From Saccostrea cucullata (taxonomy: Eukaryota): a DNA stretch of 64,000 bases. Each line of letters starts with the position of its first letter. Position 1 is the first letter of the stretch. Positions 37,713-51,585 of this stretch are shown here, piece after piece. Under the pieces are notes generated by a model. It was not told the DNA's origin, ran no database searches, and saw only the letters and a list, made by a program, of their open reading frames with translations. A program made the translations under genes and the position numbers. The stretch spans positions 434,001 through 498,000 of the forward strand of contig NW_026935861.1 of NCBI RefSeq assembly GCF_032062105.1. The letters run 5' to 3'.

Positions 37713-38817
37713 ATTGAACATCTAGATGAAATATTCAAGATACATGTATGCATATAGGCTTTAAACGTACGGTAAATGAGATATTTCAAACATTGCATAG
37801 ATGGCCAACAAAAAATTAATTTCATTTAAAAACATTTGTTATAAAAATCATAATTTATTGTTATCATAAAGTATTGTTTTATTTAGTTTTTAAAGATTTC
37901 AAGATGTTGTGTGAATAAATTTGTAAGTTTATTTTATCAGAATATATTTTGGTGAGGGAGTAAGTTCTACAATGCTTACAATGTGGATGATATCCTTCCC
38001 AAACTCCATCATATTAAGATATGTTATAGAATTTTTGTACATGACACAGAATAATTAATACCCTAACCCCTACCCCCATCCCCGCCCCCGGTTAACTACC
38101 AACCACCTGATAGAACATTGAATTCGTGTTGATTTTCACGCATTTATTTTGAAGTTGAGTGCAAAATCACTTTATAAATACATGCATAATATTATATTTA
38201 GTTACATTATTAGGAACTCTAAAATTATATCAGGACGTATTTGAATTTGAAGTACTGCTAGTATTGCAATCAAAACGAAAGCTATTTTGTCTCAAAGTCT
38301 TCCTGGATCTGAGTCTAATTTTACAAAGCAATACCATGGTTAAAATGTGTCATATCTAAATCTACATGTCTCCACTCAGGCAGTTTTACTGTTTATACAT
38401 CCTATATAAATATATCAACGGCTATTTATGTATCATCTGTAGAAGACTTAAAACAAGGTCCATCGTCCTCACTAATAAGTCTTTCACCTATATTTGCTCT
38501 GACATTGCTTCAGCTCAATTGTCTTCAAGAGAAAAATAAAGATAAGAAACGGACAACTGAAATTTTCAGTGGTTGCATGATCCAAAATTTAGATAAATCT
38601 ATAACACACACACACACAAAAAAAAATAAATTTTACACATTGATTAGAAAGAAACCAGATATATTATTGTTAATATAAAACTAATCATTTATTTCCTTGT
38701 AAACATTAATTTAAGACTTTTATAATTGAAGGACTGAAGACATGTTTAACAATTAAATAAGATACAGTAAAAGGCGAGGAAATGGTGACCAAATATATTA
38801 CGGATGTGTACTTTGTA

Positions 38818-38996
38818 AAGTAATTGAATGTAATTGAAAAAGTAATTGAAATTAAATGGTATTTTTTCAGTGTAATTAATCAAATTACAATTACAAGTAA
38901 TTGAAAAAATGTGCAATTACAAATTACTTCCATTTTTTTTAAAATGTAATTAATTACAGTCAATTACAATTACTTTTTTCAATTACCCCATCCCCG
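38818..38996. repeat. GTAATT/AATTAC-rich MITE remnant
   Basis: Multiple GTAATTG and CAATTAC units in inverted arrangement, ending CCCCATCCCCGG. Confidence 0.5.
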
Positions 38997-39079
38997 GTTA
39001 GATCAGGTGCCTTCGGGAAACAAGCCTCTCGGATTCTCCTGTTGATTACAGCCACTATATGCCCTATGTAATAATGAGG

Positions 39080-39776
39080 TGTCAGACAGTTCTCACAAAA
39101 CTAACTGATAATTGGCTGCATACAATAGATCAAGGGAATTTTATTGGCATTACCTATCTGGATTTTACTAAAGCATTTGATCTTGTTAATCATGATATAC
39201 TCATTAGAAAACTTAAATGCTATCACTTCGATCCAATATCAATTAAATGGTTTCAATCATACTTATATGATCGAACCCAAAGTGTTAAAATTGGTGCGTA
39301 CACATCTGAATCACTGCCAGTCACAGCAGGTGTGCCACAGGGCTCTATTTTAGGTCCTTTGTTGTTTCTATTGTATATTAATGATTTACCATTGTGTGTT
39401 GAACATTGTAATATTGATATGTTTGCTGATAACACTACAATGCATTTTCATGGTAATAATATTTCACGTATTAAAACAACTCTTAATCATGAACTCTGTC
39501 AAATACAAAAATGGTGTCAACAAAATCAGATGATTATAAATACTGATAAAACAAAATGTATGTTAATGGGAACACAACAAAAGAAATCTGAATTAGAACT
39601 GTTCATATTTTTGCTATATTTACTTGTTTATCAATTACTTACGTCATCAAGTTTATAATAAAGCTTAGTTGTTAGATAACCATTAAAGTCTTTTTCTAGC
39701 AAAATATCCATAAAGAAGGCCCCGAGGAAGACTAGTGCTCGTTACCTTCTCTAAATAAAGTAATTATTATTATTAC
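39080..39776 (+). mobile_element. CR1/L2-group LINE reverse transcriptase fragment with probable 3' tail
   Basis: [34 protein letters not shown] and MFADNTT (the second catalytic Asp is lost). AAATAAAG..(TAT)n tail near 39755-39776. Confidence 0.85.
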
Positions 39777-39859
39777 TAATCAAATTGAATGAAATATATG
39801 GAGGGTTCAACATGTAACAGATGTGTCATACTCTTTAATATCTTTTATTCCAAGCTCAT

Positions 39860-40340
39860 TAAGATATACCTGTTGACATATAAAGGGGAAAAAAACTATT
39901 GTTAATTGATAATACGTCGTCGATATATCTAAATATCGAGTTGAAGGCAACAACAAGTATTTTGAAAGACTCCAAAAACCAAATATACTCGTATATTTTC
40001 AATCTAAAACTCAAGTATCTTTTCAATATCGACTTCAGAGTACTTGTGTTTTCAATCAAAATGTTTTGATAAAATAATTTTGCAAATGACCAGTGACACG
40101 ATAAATAAAGAAGTTACATTTTTTTTGAAAACGCAAGTATCAAAGATGTCGAGAAGCCTGGACTTTAAAGTAATTTATGGTGGGGAATAGTTGTATATGA
40201 AGTTGAAAATTTCTTCTGTTATTGATTTTGGTAATTGTTTTGATTTCAATTAGTCCAAAAGTTCCCTGGAATTTTTAAGTATCCTAATCTGATTTACACC
40301 ACTACTTGAATATATTGTTGCACAATACTCTTGAAGTATC
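39860..40340 (-). mobile_element. Penelope-like RT fragment
   Basis: FRYIDDVLSINN; colinear with the other copies. Confidence 0.75.
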
Positions 40341-41188
40341 TGTAAAATGGCGTCACGCAATTGGTATGAAACGTGTCAGTCAAAATATGACCGAAAAATT
40401 ATTTTTTTTTTTTTGCAGACAGTGTTATTAAAATGACTCTAAAATTATAAAATGTTGACAATAAAAGAGTTTGTAAAAATACCCGTAACTCCAACGTATT
40501 AGCCAGTAGCATATCTCGGATTAAAAATTGATCGTCCATCCAAATTGTTCTTTAGATAAAGTTTTCAATTTATATAAATTCAATTTTTAATTTATATTTT
40601 TTAAATATTTAAAATTGCAGAGAAATTCCAGTTCACCATCTTAAAAGATCGGATAACAAAATAATACTGATGTCTATTTTAAACATGATTTTTACGATTG
40701 TCACAAACTTCCCGGTCGTTGTATACTAATGCAATAAGACAAGGAAATTATAAAAGTATTTCACAGAAACATTTCCTGTATCATGAATGGATATGTAAAG
40801 CAACTTGTCCTACTATCAAATGGAAGGTGTATGCCATTTATTTTGTGTATATCAAAAAATTAAAGTATCCAACCAGATTTCTAATCCAGGAGCCTTTATC
40901 TTGTTCAACCTGTTATCCAAGTGAATGATAAAATAGAGGGTATGTACTTTATAAACTAAAAAGGGACTTTTGTGGGAATGGCTGTATTAGAAAGTATTAT
41001 TTGTATACAACTTAGTCATTTACTATGTAAATAATCAGTGTAACAGAATGCGATAAACTGTAACAGGAAAGATACAGGTAATATCATATTTATATGTGTC
41101 GGTTCACCTCATTGTTTTCATGGCTTGGTGAACTTGAGGGTTCAGGTGTAATGTACATTCAGCATTCTACTTCTAGCAATCGTTGCAG

Positions 41189-44100
41189 ATGGAGTCCTAC
41201 GACTACCACGTCGTTGGAACTGTTCACAATTTTGGTGTCTTTAAGAATTCCGGAAAGAAGGTTATATTACAGGTGAGCTTAACTTTTTGTGTCATAGAGT
41301 GTGGTAAATGTAATAGAGAGGAGTAAATGTAATAAAGTGTATAAAATGTGTTAAATATTGATATAGCTTCAAGTAAGAAGCATACACTTCAGAAAGTATA
41401 TTTGAGATGAAATTCACATTTTTACCTTTTGACACAATTGAATAAAACAAAACGGGATAAAATGTATTTCATAATGCACTAGTGTATATGGTCTTTGGAT
41501 AGTTTGATTCCAAATATTTCCGTGTTGGACTTGCGCTCACAAGCAGGGCTAAAATTTATTAGTAGGTCTTTATACGCAGTGAGATATGAAGGAAATGTGT
41601 CCATTTCCTGAAATCTAACAGTTATTTATGTTCACGCTCAGAGGAATGATTAAAATCTAGGGACCGAAGTAGAAAACAAGAAACTGTATTTTAAGTTCCT
41701 TTTTAGAAAAAAATAAACTATTGATTTACTGTAATACATGTATATCATGGCCAGATTGAAAAAAGAGTGTCACAAATCAGAGGTTTGAAGACCATGCCTG
41801 CTATAAGTTTGAGTGAAAAGATTTCCATTCTATGGACAAGGTTATATAGGAAAAATAGTTACTGATATGATTGAGTAATGCAGAAAAAACATTGGAAAAT
41901 ATGTTATAAATTTAAATAATTATTTCCTAGAACATTTGAAATCCATTATTTTATAAATTAGTATACGCTTGCATGCGTGAGTACATGCACTCAATTAATA
42001 ATAATACCTCAGATAAGTAATGGATTTGATGTTTTTTGTTTTCTTATTACAAATATTGTAGATCGCCTTAACGAGATAGCTATCTATTAATAAAAAGCGA
42101 TATATAACATTTTAGCCAATTTTGGTTATTGTAATATATTATTATCTATATTAAAATGTACGCGGGAATAAAATATTTGCGAGCAGACAGACTCGCGTAC
42201 TTACGCAAGATGAAGTATTCCTCGCTCTATCCCATAAGATATGCTGAATGTTCAATCGTATGTTACGTAAGGTTAATTTCTAAAGCGAAGCTATTGACAA
42301 TCAAGTTGTTGAAAAAGGATATATATTCTTGTTTAAAGTCATCTTTTCCACAAGTTCTATGTCGATACAATGACCTTGTCAGCAAGTAAAATCAAACATT
42401 ATGTAGAATGCTGACTGATATTTTCCATATGAATTGTTAGACTATCATTTATACATTGAATTGTTTACGTTTTTCCCCGTTTTTTCAAGACACGAAGCAC
42501 ACGGCGGTGACGATTGCAGGGGATGCTTACAAACGCCTCTATGGCACCTAATCCCACCTCTGATATTTATTTAGAAGACCGTGTTTGCTCTGCTTCTGAT
42601 TTGTAATCCAGTCTATGGGATCTCAGACTTGATCCTCATGACAATAATTTTTTTTAAAAAATCCACATATATTGTTATTATGTTGCATTTCCCGAAGTAA
42701 AGTGATGAATAAGAGCGTCTCTTAAAAGTCAATTATTTCAATGAAATACAATTACATTATATCTTTGTTATATTACATTCATATATTACATTCTTATATT
42801 ACATCATAGCCGAATGCATATGAAATGATTTCTTGTAGATTGACTTCAAGACAAACAAAATCAGTCTTATCAAGAAAGGGGCTATACAATACAAATGTGA
42901 CTTCGATGATCTCTCGTACGACTCCGAGGTAAAGTATAACTAGAGGTACTGTGAGCAATGAGCTCACTAAATGATGCCTCCCGCATCCCATATGATTATA
43001 TGGCAAAGTCCATGTTTTGCTGTGGCTTGGAAACCCAATATATGTGTCGGATCAAAAAATAAAATAGAAGGTGCACAATGGCAATATGTAATAAAGATTC
43101 TGTGAAAGTTTCATTTTCACTCAGTGGTATAAGAGGAGTTGCGGATAAGAGATGGGTACCCCAAAGCGTAACAGACAGACGGACGGACGGAAATACCGAT
43201 TACAGTATACTCTCCCACTTTTCAGGCGGAGGGGGGGTATAAAATGTGTATACCAAATAGGTAGTCACACCTTAAAGAAAATTATCATTATTTGAAGCGG
43301 TGTATGTTTCAAAAATGGCATAATATGCATATAAATATAAACATAGATTAATTTCTCAGACGTTCAAATGGCCTTGATTATGGAAAATGTTCCAGGGCAA
43401 AAGTATGAGAAATTAAAAAAATATATATGAAGCAGATCTGGACTTTCTACAAACGACCTTTGTTGAAAGCTGTTACACAAACTCTGATTAATATCGTTAC
43501 ACACCCAAACTATTCTGTGTATTATAAAAAATTAGACATTGGTTCTTTTCCAAACCTCTTGACCTTTTACAGATGACCTCAATTCAATGTCTTTCATAAT
43601 CTTTTGCCATCAGATACTACCCAATGTCAGCGAATGCGTCAGAGAGTACCTAATAAAGTTTAACTTTCAAAAGGACAAAGGGCAAGATTTTGACCAAAAA
43701 CAATGTCATTCCGATCTTTGGGGTACAGATATAACATCTGTTATACATGCTTTATGCAAAAGGCGTTTACATGTCATTGAATGTTTATTTTAATATATAT
43801 GATAATTATGTATTTCCTTTACAAGCCAAGTACAGACCGTGACTATAACAATTGATTTCCTTATATAAGTCATGATTGCATACAATTGTTTACTTTTATT
43901 GTCTCCATCTCTGTCTTTAAGGAAGGAGTCTTGTTTTGTATAAAAGTTGGCGGGAAGCAGATTGAACTCACGGCAGAAAACCTCGAGGAAAAGACAGCAA
44001 TATGTCGCCTGCTAAGCATAGTACAGTGCAATGCTGCCGATTTGGTCAAACGGGAATTAAGAGGTAGGCTGAGATTCAAAAGTTAAACGGTTCAATATAG

Positions 44101-47100
44101 CGGCTTTACAGTCACTCCTTCAACTGTTATGCTGCCTCACCATTTTCAGGGAGTTCAGGGGGGATAAGTGACGATGTGGTTCGGACCAGGACGGCGTCTG
44201 TCATTAAGGAGGGGGTTCTGGAGAAGAAGGGCAACGCCACCATACAGCTCTGGGCAAAGTTAGTGAACTCTAACAAAACAGGGTTCAAACTGATAATGAT
44301 TTAACAAGTGTTTCATTTTATTTTCATGAACTCTCCAAAGATAATGATTTACAAGTGCTTCTTTTTATTTTCATATTAAGTCTTCCTCCTTTTATTGTAA
44401 ATATGAAAATAATATTGACGTCGAATGCATTTGTTTAAGTATGCTACTAGTAAAAGGCACAATAAATATGCAAAGTAAATATTAGATATTTAAATAATAA
44501 ATATTTGTAAAAATATAAATCAACAAAACTGATTATTTTAGGAGAAAAGTGAAGGTGACACCTGGGATGTTTTCCTATTATAAAACAGACGAACAGGTAT
44601 ACATAATTCAAGGGGAAACCTTTGATACGGTTTATGCCCATTTACGCCTTCCTTTAAATGAGGAAAATCACTTACATGTATTTATAATATTACTAATTTT
44701 ATATGATGCCAATGGCTGTAGGGCAAAGAGTTCCTAAAATACAGATCAAAAACATATGAAGTGGAAAAATAAACACTATCTGATACTAGACCAGGAAACA
44801 CAAGGGTTATTTGATTATCAAGTCCAACCTTTGTCATACACTGATGTTTTAAATATATTGGAAATAATTTGGGGAGGGAAATACTAAAGAACATATGACT
44901 TTAGATCTAATAATGTTCACCTTATGGCTTACCCATTTCGTAAGCTGTAATAAAATAAAACTAAACGAGAGGTAGAAATGATGAACATGTAAATGTATTT
45001 TTGAAGCTAGGTCTGGGTTGTTCAGTGAAACCATGTAAACTGTCTGATAACGAAACATGTTTTTATACATTCAAAAAATCTTTAAAGTAATGAGATGGTC
45101 AAGAAATAAAACACTTTGTTGATTTCTTTAAGAGCCCCTTCTCATCACTTGATGTCTATTCATTGTGAAGAATGTGTTTTTATTGGAATTTTTCAGTCCG
45201 CTTTAAATGTAGTTCCACTGAAACCAAACCAGTACCATGTGAAGAGTGTGGGCAACTCCGGGTTTAATGTTATCTTCCCTAAAAGAACATACTAGTAAGA
45301 ATCGCATTTAATTTGCAAAATTATTTCTGCCCCGTAATAAGCAGGCCTATTTTTTTATGTATGTAAAGCAACAGTTATTAAAAAAGAAATGTAAAAAAAC
45401 CACTTGCTGTTGCCTTCAACACGACATTTTGATACACAGAAAACGTGAAATCAATTTTCAAGTTACTTTCATTCCAATGTCGGCTTGTTATATCACAATG
45501 AACTTGAAATAAAAGTTATCACAGAGCTTGACAATCTGATTCATATTTAGTCATTTTATTAGGAAAAGGCGTTATTAGTAACCAAAAAATAATATATTAA
45601 TCGTGATGACTTCAAATTAAATTTCCTTCGTCAACTTCTGTTATTGATGTAACAGTGAACACCTATTATTATTTTTTTACATCTCCCATTTGATATGTCA
45701 AGCAAGGGTACGTTCTACCTGCAATCAATTTCTAAACCGAAACAAGCTATCATTAAGTCAAATGTTGACGGACGTTTTTCATACTAAATGTTAGGTCATT
45801 ATTTATACACTGAATTGTCTACGGGTTTCTCTGCTTGCCCCACCATCAGCACATGATATGCAGGGTATGACCGATCGATAGGGGATGCTTATTTCTCCAT
45901 GCCACTTGAACCCAGTCCTGATATTTTTAGAGGTTCGCTCTGCTCCTGATTTGTATTATTTTGTCGTACTTTTGAGCTTGAATACTGTTCATAAACTATA
46001 CATTTTATCTTATAAAAGAAATGCATTATTAGACAAGCAACGTATTACTCCTCAACAAAAGAATGGATTTTTTTTGCTTTAATTGCAGTTTCCGATTAAC
46101 ATCATCCAATGCACCCAGTTCACAGACTGAAAGAGATGGATGGATTCAGGTAAAACATTTTTTTTCAGAAATAATCGGTTTTTTTTTAAATAGTGGAGAA
46201 ATATTCATTCCTTTTAACGTTTGATCTCTAATACTGTTCGTTAGCTCCACATATTTCATGTCTACATTAATTATAAAGAATTTTTCAATTTTTTCCCCAA
46301 AGTTCACTCAGTTACCCCAGTAGGTTTTGTTGTCAGAAAATATCATTGACTGATAAACAGCAAAAGTAAAATTAGTGTCCAGTTTCAACCTCATAATGTA
46401 AAAAAGTTAAAAGTTCATATCTTAAACGAAGATTGCTTATGTCATGTTCATTTGAACAATGTCACATTCTGAGAAATGTACTCGCATGTTATCATATCTT
46501 AAAGGCGGTACTTTTAATAGACTTAATTACTAGTACAGTGTATTTAAAAAATATGTGAAATTTAATTATATAGAGCAAGTTTTAGTTCATGGTCTTTTTA
46601 AACTTCGTTAATAGACATGCATGTGTAATATTACTTCATAAATAAAACCTCAGTGCTTCATTGCAGGCCTTCACATCAGCATGTCAGGAGAAGAGAAGAA
46701 CAGTGATAGATTTTGAGTCCTCTGGTCTAGAACCCACACATCAACCAAACAATAAGTTTATGTTAAGTGTGGGCTCATTAAGCCAGTCAGATGACTCTAT
46801 GTATGACCAAGTTTATGCGGTAAGACATTTCATATGGTAAAAACAGAATATTTCATACTTACATAATTTCATTTTCCTTTTCTTCAGTATTTAATTTGTT
46901 TTATATTATAGGAGGAAGGAGTCAAAAGTACAGAAATCCAGTAAGCAAGGAATAATTCAAAAAAATGAATAGAGCTATTGCATAGAATAATGAAATGTAC
47001 ATGCACACACATATAAGTTGTGCCAATTTCTTTTCCAGTACAGAAGCTGAAACCCAAACTGAGAAAGAAGAAAGGCTCTCTGCAGAAGTTCCTAAATCTG

Positions 47101-50100
47101 AACCCTTGAAAAGTGCCACCAAAGACAGACCTAAAACAAAGCAACCTTTGGTCGCTGTGAAGTCTTTAATACCCGAGGAGAGCGAACAAGAGAGAAATGA
47201 GGAGATTCCATCCAACCAAACTAAAACAGAGTCAGAAAATACACAGGATGTGCCTGTTGTGAACGATTTATACGACGTCGTAAAAGACATACTTTACTCC
47301 TCATCAGAAGACAATCTGAGTGAAGGCCACGAGGAGATGGTCTGCCCAGAAGGAGATTATGCTGATCCAGAGGAAGAACCTTGCATCCCACAGCAAGTGT
47401 CCGCCAAGACTGGGGCAGAGTGTCCTACGTATGAAGACATTACAGAAGGAACAAAATCTCCAGGTATACATATTTGTATATAATTAGATACTATATTTGT
47501 AATTATTTTTAATTTTAGCAATATCAGATTCTGCATGCCCCCCCTTTTTTTTAAAGTGCCCCTACAGCCATATTTATATTTTCCAGAGTTAAAATCTGCA
47601 CAAGAAATACAAAATGATAATCCAGAAACGCCGCTTTACTCAGAAGTGAGAAAAATATCATACGATGCAGACAATGGGAATCGTTCTGACGTAAGCAATG
47701 ATGAGAAAGACCAGAAAGAAACTCCAGTTTATGCAAAGTCATTGAAAAAGAAGCAAAACCAAAGAAGGGATTCCCTTAAACAGCGTGAAGTACTCCCTCC
47801 TCCTCCGCCACCACCTATATCCCCTATTCCTTCACAACCTCCATGCCAGGTGGTTACAGAATCCCACACTGAAGACAAAAACCAAGAACGAAAGCTTCGT
47901 AAAAAATCTTTAGCTAGACCCCCGTCTCAACCTCCGCCTCCCCCTTCTCCAAAAGATCGTCAATCGACGTCATCGGGAACGTCAGATTTGTCTAGATCGT
48001 CTGCATCAGACAAAATAGAACCGCAGAAAACTATTGATGATTTACCTCTTACCTTGCTTACTCCACCAAAAGATCGTCACTCAACATCATCATTTTCTTC
48101 TGACTTGTCTCAATCATCGGCAGGGAAATCAGCAGTATCGTCAGAGGTAGAGAGAGAAGAGGCTACTGACACCTCTGCCTCCGAATCTCCTCGGTTGTCT
48201 TTTTCACAGTTCATTGAAGCCTCATTATCCGAATTTTCTCTTGCAAGTGAACTAGAACCATCTACTCCCCTGTCTCCTGATAATAATAATAAGCAAGTAT
48301 CTGTGGACAGTGATGAGCAAAAAAAAGTTAACACTGAACTGACGCCTGACGAAAACAACGAATCAACATCCATTATAAACAAAGAACAGATATCTGTTGC
48401 AAACACCGATTCTTCATCTGTTGACAACAGTGATTCTTTATCTGCTGCTGAGAACGATGAGCAAGTTGTTAACAATGAACAAATGTCTGATATAAAGGAT
48501 GAGTCTGTAAGTAGTGAGAACAAGGAAGCTTCATCTGTTGCCGACAGGGATCACACGTCAACAGCAACAGCTGACCAACGCTCCAGTAGACCAGTCCAGC
48601 CACTCCCTCAATGGCCCCCTCCATCAGAGAATGATTCCTTACCCCCACAACAACCCTCTCATGTTCCGACACCACCGCCACCTCCCTCTATCCCACAGGC
48701 ACCAGCGCCTCCGCCAGCACCTACAACAAAAAGACCAACGAAGCTAAGAACACTGCACTGGTCAAAGCTGAGCAAATCACAGGCAAGTTTTAAAATTGTA
48801 ATCTTCATTGTTAAGGAAAGTTAAAGGATATAAAAGATACCAAGATACAATGTACATAAAAACTGTATCTAACCTTTGAACTAAACCCGATTTAAATACG
48901 TGTAATAAAACAAAGTACTTTTCATTAAAGATAAAATCATCTTTCTGGAAACATGCCACCGATCGCAAAAGTAATATTAATACAGAACTGATACTACATC
49001 ACTTCTCTGTTGTGGATGATAGTCAGCAACAACATAAGTCAGGTAACTCTTAACGTATTTCTTCCTCACATTTATCTCCTTTTTCTTATTTCTTCTCTTT
49101 TCATAAAGAAATACTAGTATATATCATAACTGAAACAAGTTCAAACTTTTTTTTTAGCAGAACCATCGTTATCCGGAACAAAATTGTTATTAGATGCTAC
49201 AAGAGCAAGAAACCTTGGAATCATTCTTACCGGTCTGAAAGCAGAGGGTGCGCGCCATATTCGCGAAGTCCTCAACTCGGTTACCGAAGATGAATACTTT
49301 CCGGCGGAGAAATTAACAACGATACGTCGTTATCAGCCGACTTCAGACGACATCGAATTGTTCAGACTTTATTCTGATAAAAAATCTACATTGGACCCAG
49401 TAGACAGGTTTATGTGTGAATTGTGTGAAATAGAATGTATTGGCACCCGTCTTGATTTTATCCTCTTACTTTGGGACTTTCCACGCCAGCTGAAATGTAC
49501 AAACGAAGTAAGTTCCATAATTAATAAATAACTCATATTCGAAGGAAGCCTAGATAACTTCGTTCACTTTGTTTTTCTGATTTTTAAAGTCTATAGAAGA
49601 ACTCTCTCAGGCGTGTTCTGATTTGAAGACAAACACGCACCTTGTCCAGTTAATGGAGTATATCCTTGCCATTGGAAACTTTATGAATAATGACCACAAA
49701 ACTCATGGATTCCCTGTAACCTCTCTAAGGATGGTAAGAAAGGGACTTGTGATTATTTCTTTAAGGATAGAACCATTTTTACGGTCAAATAGTTTGTCGT
49801 TAAAGGGATATCAAAAATCCATATTTCTGTAAATTACATGTTCTTTATATCGGCTTTGTAAGCATATATAATCTGTTATTCGGTCGGATTTTGGCTGAGT
49901 TGCATCATACCAATTGTTTGACCTTTGTTTTCAATACAAAATCTGACAACGAAATTTTCCGTCTTCCTGATATTTCGGGCTGAGGGCTGGCGGGTTTGAT
50001 CGGTCTACTGGGGAAGCTTACTCCTCCTACGTACCTGATCCCACCTCTGGAATTTCCAGGGGTCCGTTTTTCTGCCCTGTTTACAGACTTGTACTGTTTA

Positions 50101-51585
50101 TAGATTATTTTAGGGTGATCACTCCTCGTTTTCTTTACCTTTTTCATTTAAGGTCAATGTATATTCAATATTTTTGCATTTTTTTCGCATAACTTTTAAT
50201 TGAACAAAATTGTTCAACACTAAAAGAAAATGATTATGTTTAGGAAACTTTAATGAATAATAATACTAATTTAAGAGAAATTTGAATAAATCCTTATTGC
50301 TGCACACATGTATTTATTATTTTTTTTTTGTCCAACTGATCACCATCTCCTTAAATAGTTTATGGACATGCGCGGCAAGACAACAGATTTTACCTTCTCG
50401 CATTTTCTTGTGGAACTATTGGAGGAAAAGGAACCGGAAGTCATTAGGTGGATCCAGACAATGGACAGTGTAGCCAAGTGTAAAAATATCAACATCAAAG
50501 CCCTAGTTGTCGAAATAGACGGTAAATTGGTAGTATCATGAAACTTAAATTTAAAAAGATCTTAATCAAATGCTTCAGTTATTTCAAGTCATAAATGAAT
50601 CTTAAAGCAAAAGACTCTTACAGTAATCAGGTTTGATCATGTAACATTTCAGTGTTGTAACTTCTCAGTCATTCATTTGTAGTGTTGAAGAGCGATCTAA
50701 CAAAATTAAAAAAGAACTTGAAGACGCTGAAGTCTAAAATAAAGAAACCAAATGAAATGGAGACTGATTTCCTTCATAAGGCACAGGTGCAGTATTTAAT
50801 ATAAAAGTCACATTCAAGATACTAGTATGTTTAAATAGGTAAATTTTTGATTTAATCATGCAAAACTCTTTATCTTAGACAGTCTTTTACCCTGTATATT
50901 TTTTTCTCCTTAGCTGTTACTAGTGAACTTCGAAGGCAGTATGCATTCTCTGGAAAAAGAGAGCGCGCGTATACAGGCTACTTACCGCCATCTTCTGGTA
51001 AAACTCATCATCTCTAGTTTGTCTGTAGTATAATTTCTCTAATTTACCTTACATAAGAAGCTCTAATCACTGCTCACTTAGTATAGTTCTGCAATAATTT
51101 ATTGCTTTGTTTCCATACAAAGTAAACAACAGTGATGTCGGTTTACTTTTAATTTTTTTCTGAAGAAAATAAAGTAGAGCACTTGATAAGTTGTTCATCG
51201 GTATTTGATACAGTTTACTAAGTTCAAAAACATTTTTCATTAGTGTTTATAGAGCTTTCTAAATTGGAAGAAATAAGATTTTAACTCCTGTGTAATCAAA
51301 TGTATCAAAATCTTTGAAAAAAAGTCACTTCAAGTATTCTTTGATAAAATTGGCAAAGATAAGAATAAAAAAAAGTTATTTTAAATATTGATATTATAAT
51401 GGATTTGATATATATTGTGTTATGTTTTTTTCCACTAAAAGGAATATTTCGGAGAGTCGGCGAGCGTTCCTTCGAATGAACTCTTTTCTGTTCTGTCTGA
51501 CTTTGCTCAGAAGTTCAGAAAGTCCGTGGACGACATCAACAGAAGAAAGAGATACCAGACACTTCATCAAAACAGTCTAATGTGA
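41189..51585 (+). CDS. PH-domain-containing formin (PHCF-like): PH-like + PH + FH1 + FH2, ~1180 aa, 18 coding exons
   Basis: Exons 41189-41272, 42839-42928, 43922-44063, 44150-44258, 44542-44596, 45197-45294, 46089-46149, 46667-46819, 46912-46940, 47039-47463, 47587-48782, 48931-49042, 49158-49507, 49590-49733, 50359-50521, 50683-50786, 50914-50997 and 51442-51585 join in one frame. Motifs: PH (IKEGVLEKKG..W.KR..ERDGWIQAF), polyproline FH1, FH2 (LRTLHWSKL, SSFW, RNLGIIL, LAIGNFMN, YFGE). Confidence 0.88.
42180..42610 (+). mobile_element. Penelope-like 3' remnant; similar remnants lie at 34440-34640, 45400-45960, 49830-50130 and 62110-62615
   Basis: Shared GGGGATGCTTAC..GGCACCTGATCCCACCTCTG segment and decayed IRYA motif. 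Confidence 0.65.
42937..43244 (+). mobile_element. Short HINE/Helentron-like repeat in a formin intron
   Basis: AACTAGAG start, (GACA/GACG)n microsatellite, terminal hairpin-like ATACTCTCCC..GGGGGGTATAAAA. Confidence 0.6.

Noticed and set aside
46884-48747. Antisense and alternate-frame ORFs over the formin exons
   Set aside because: Shadow ORFs of Ser/Pro-rich coding sequence.
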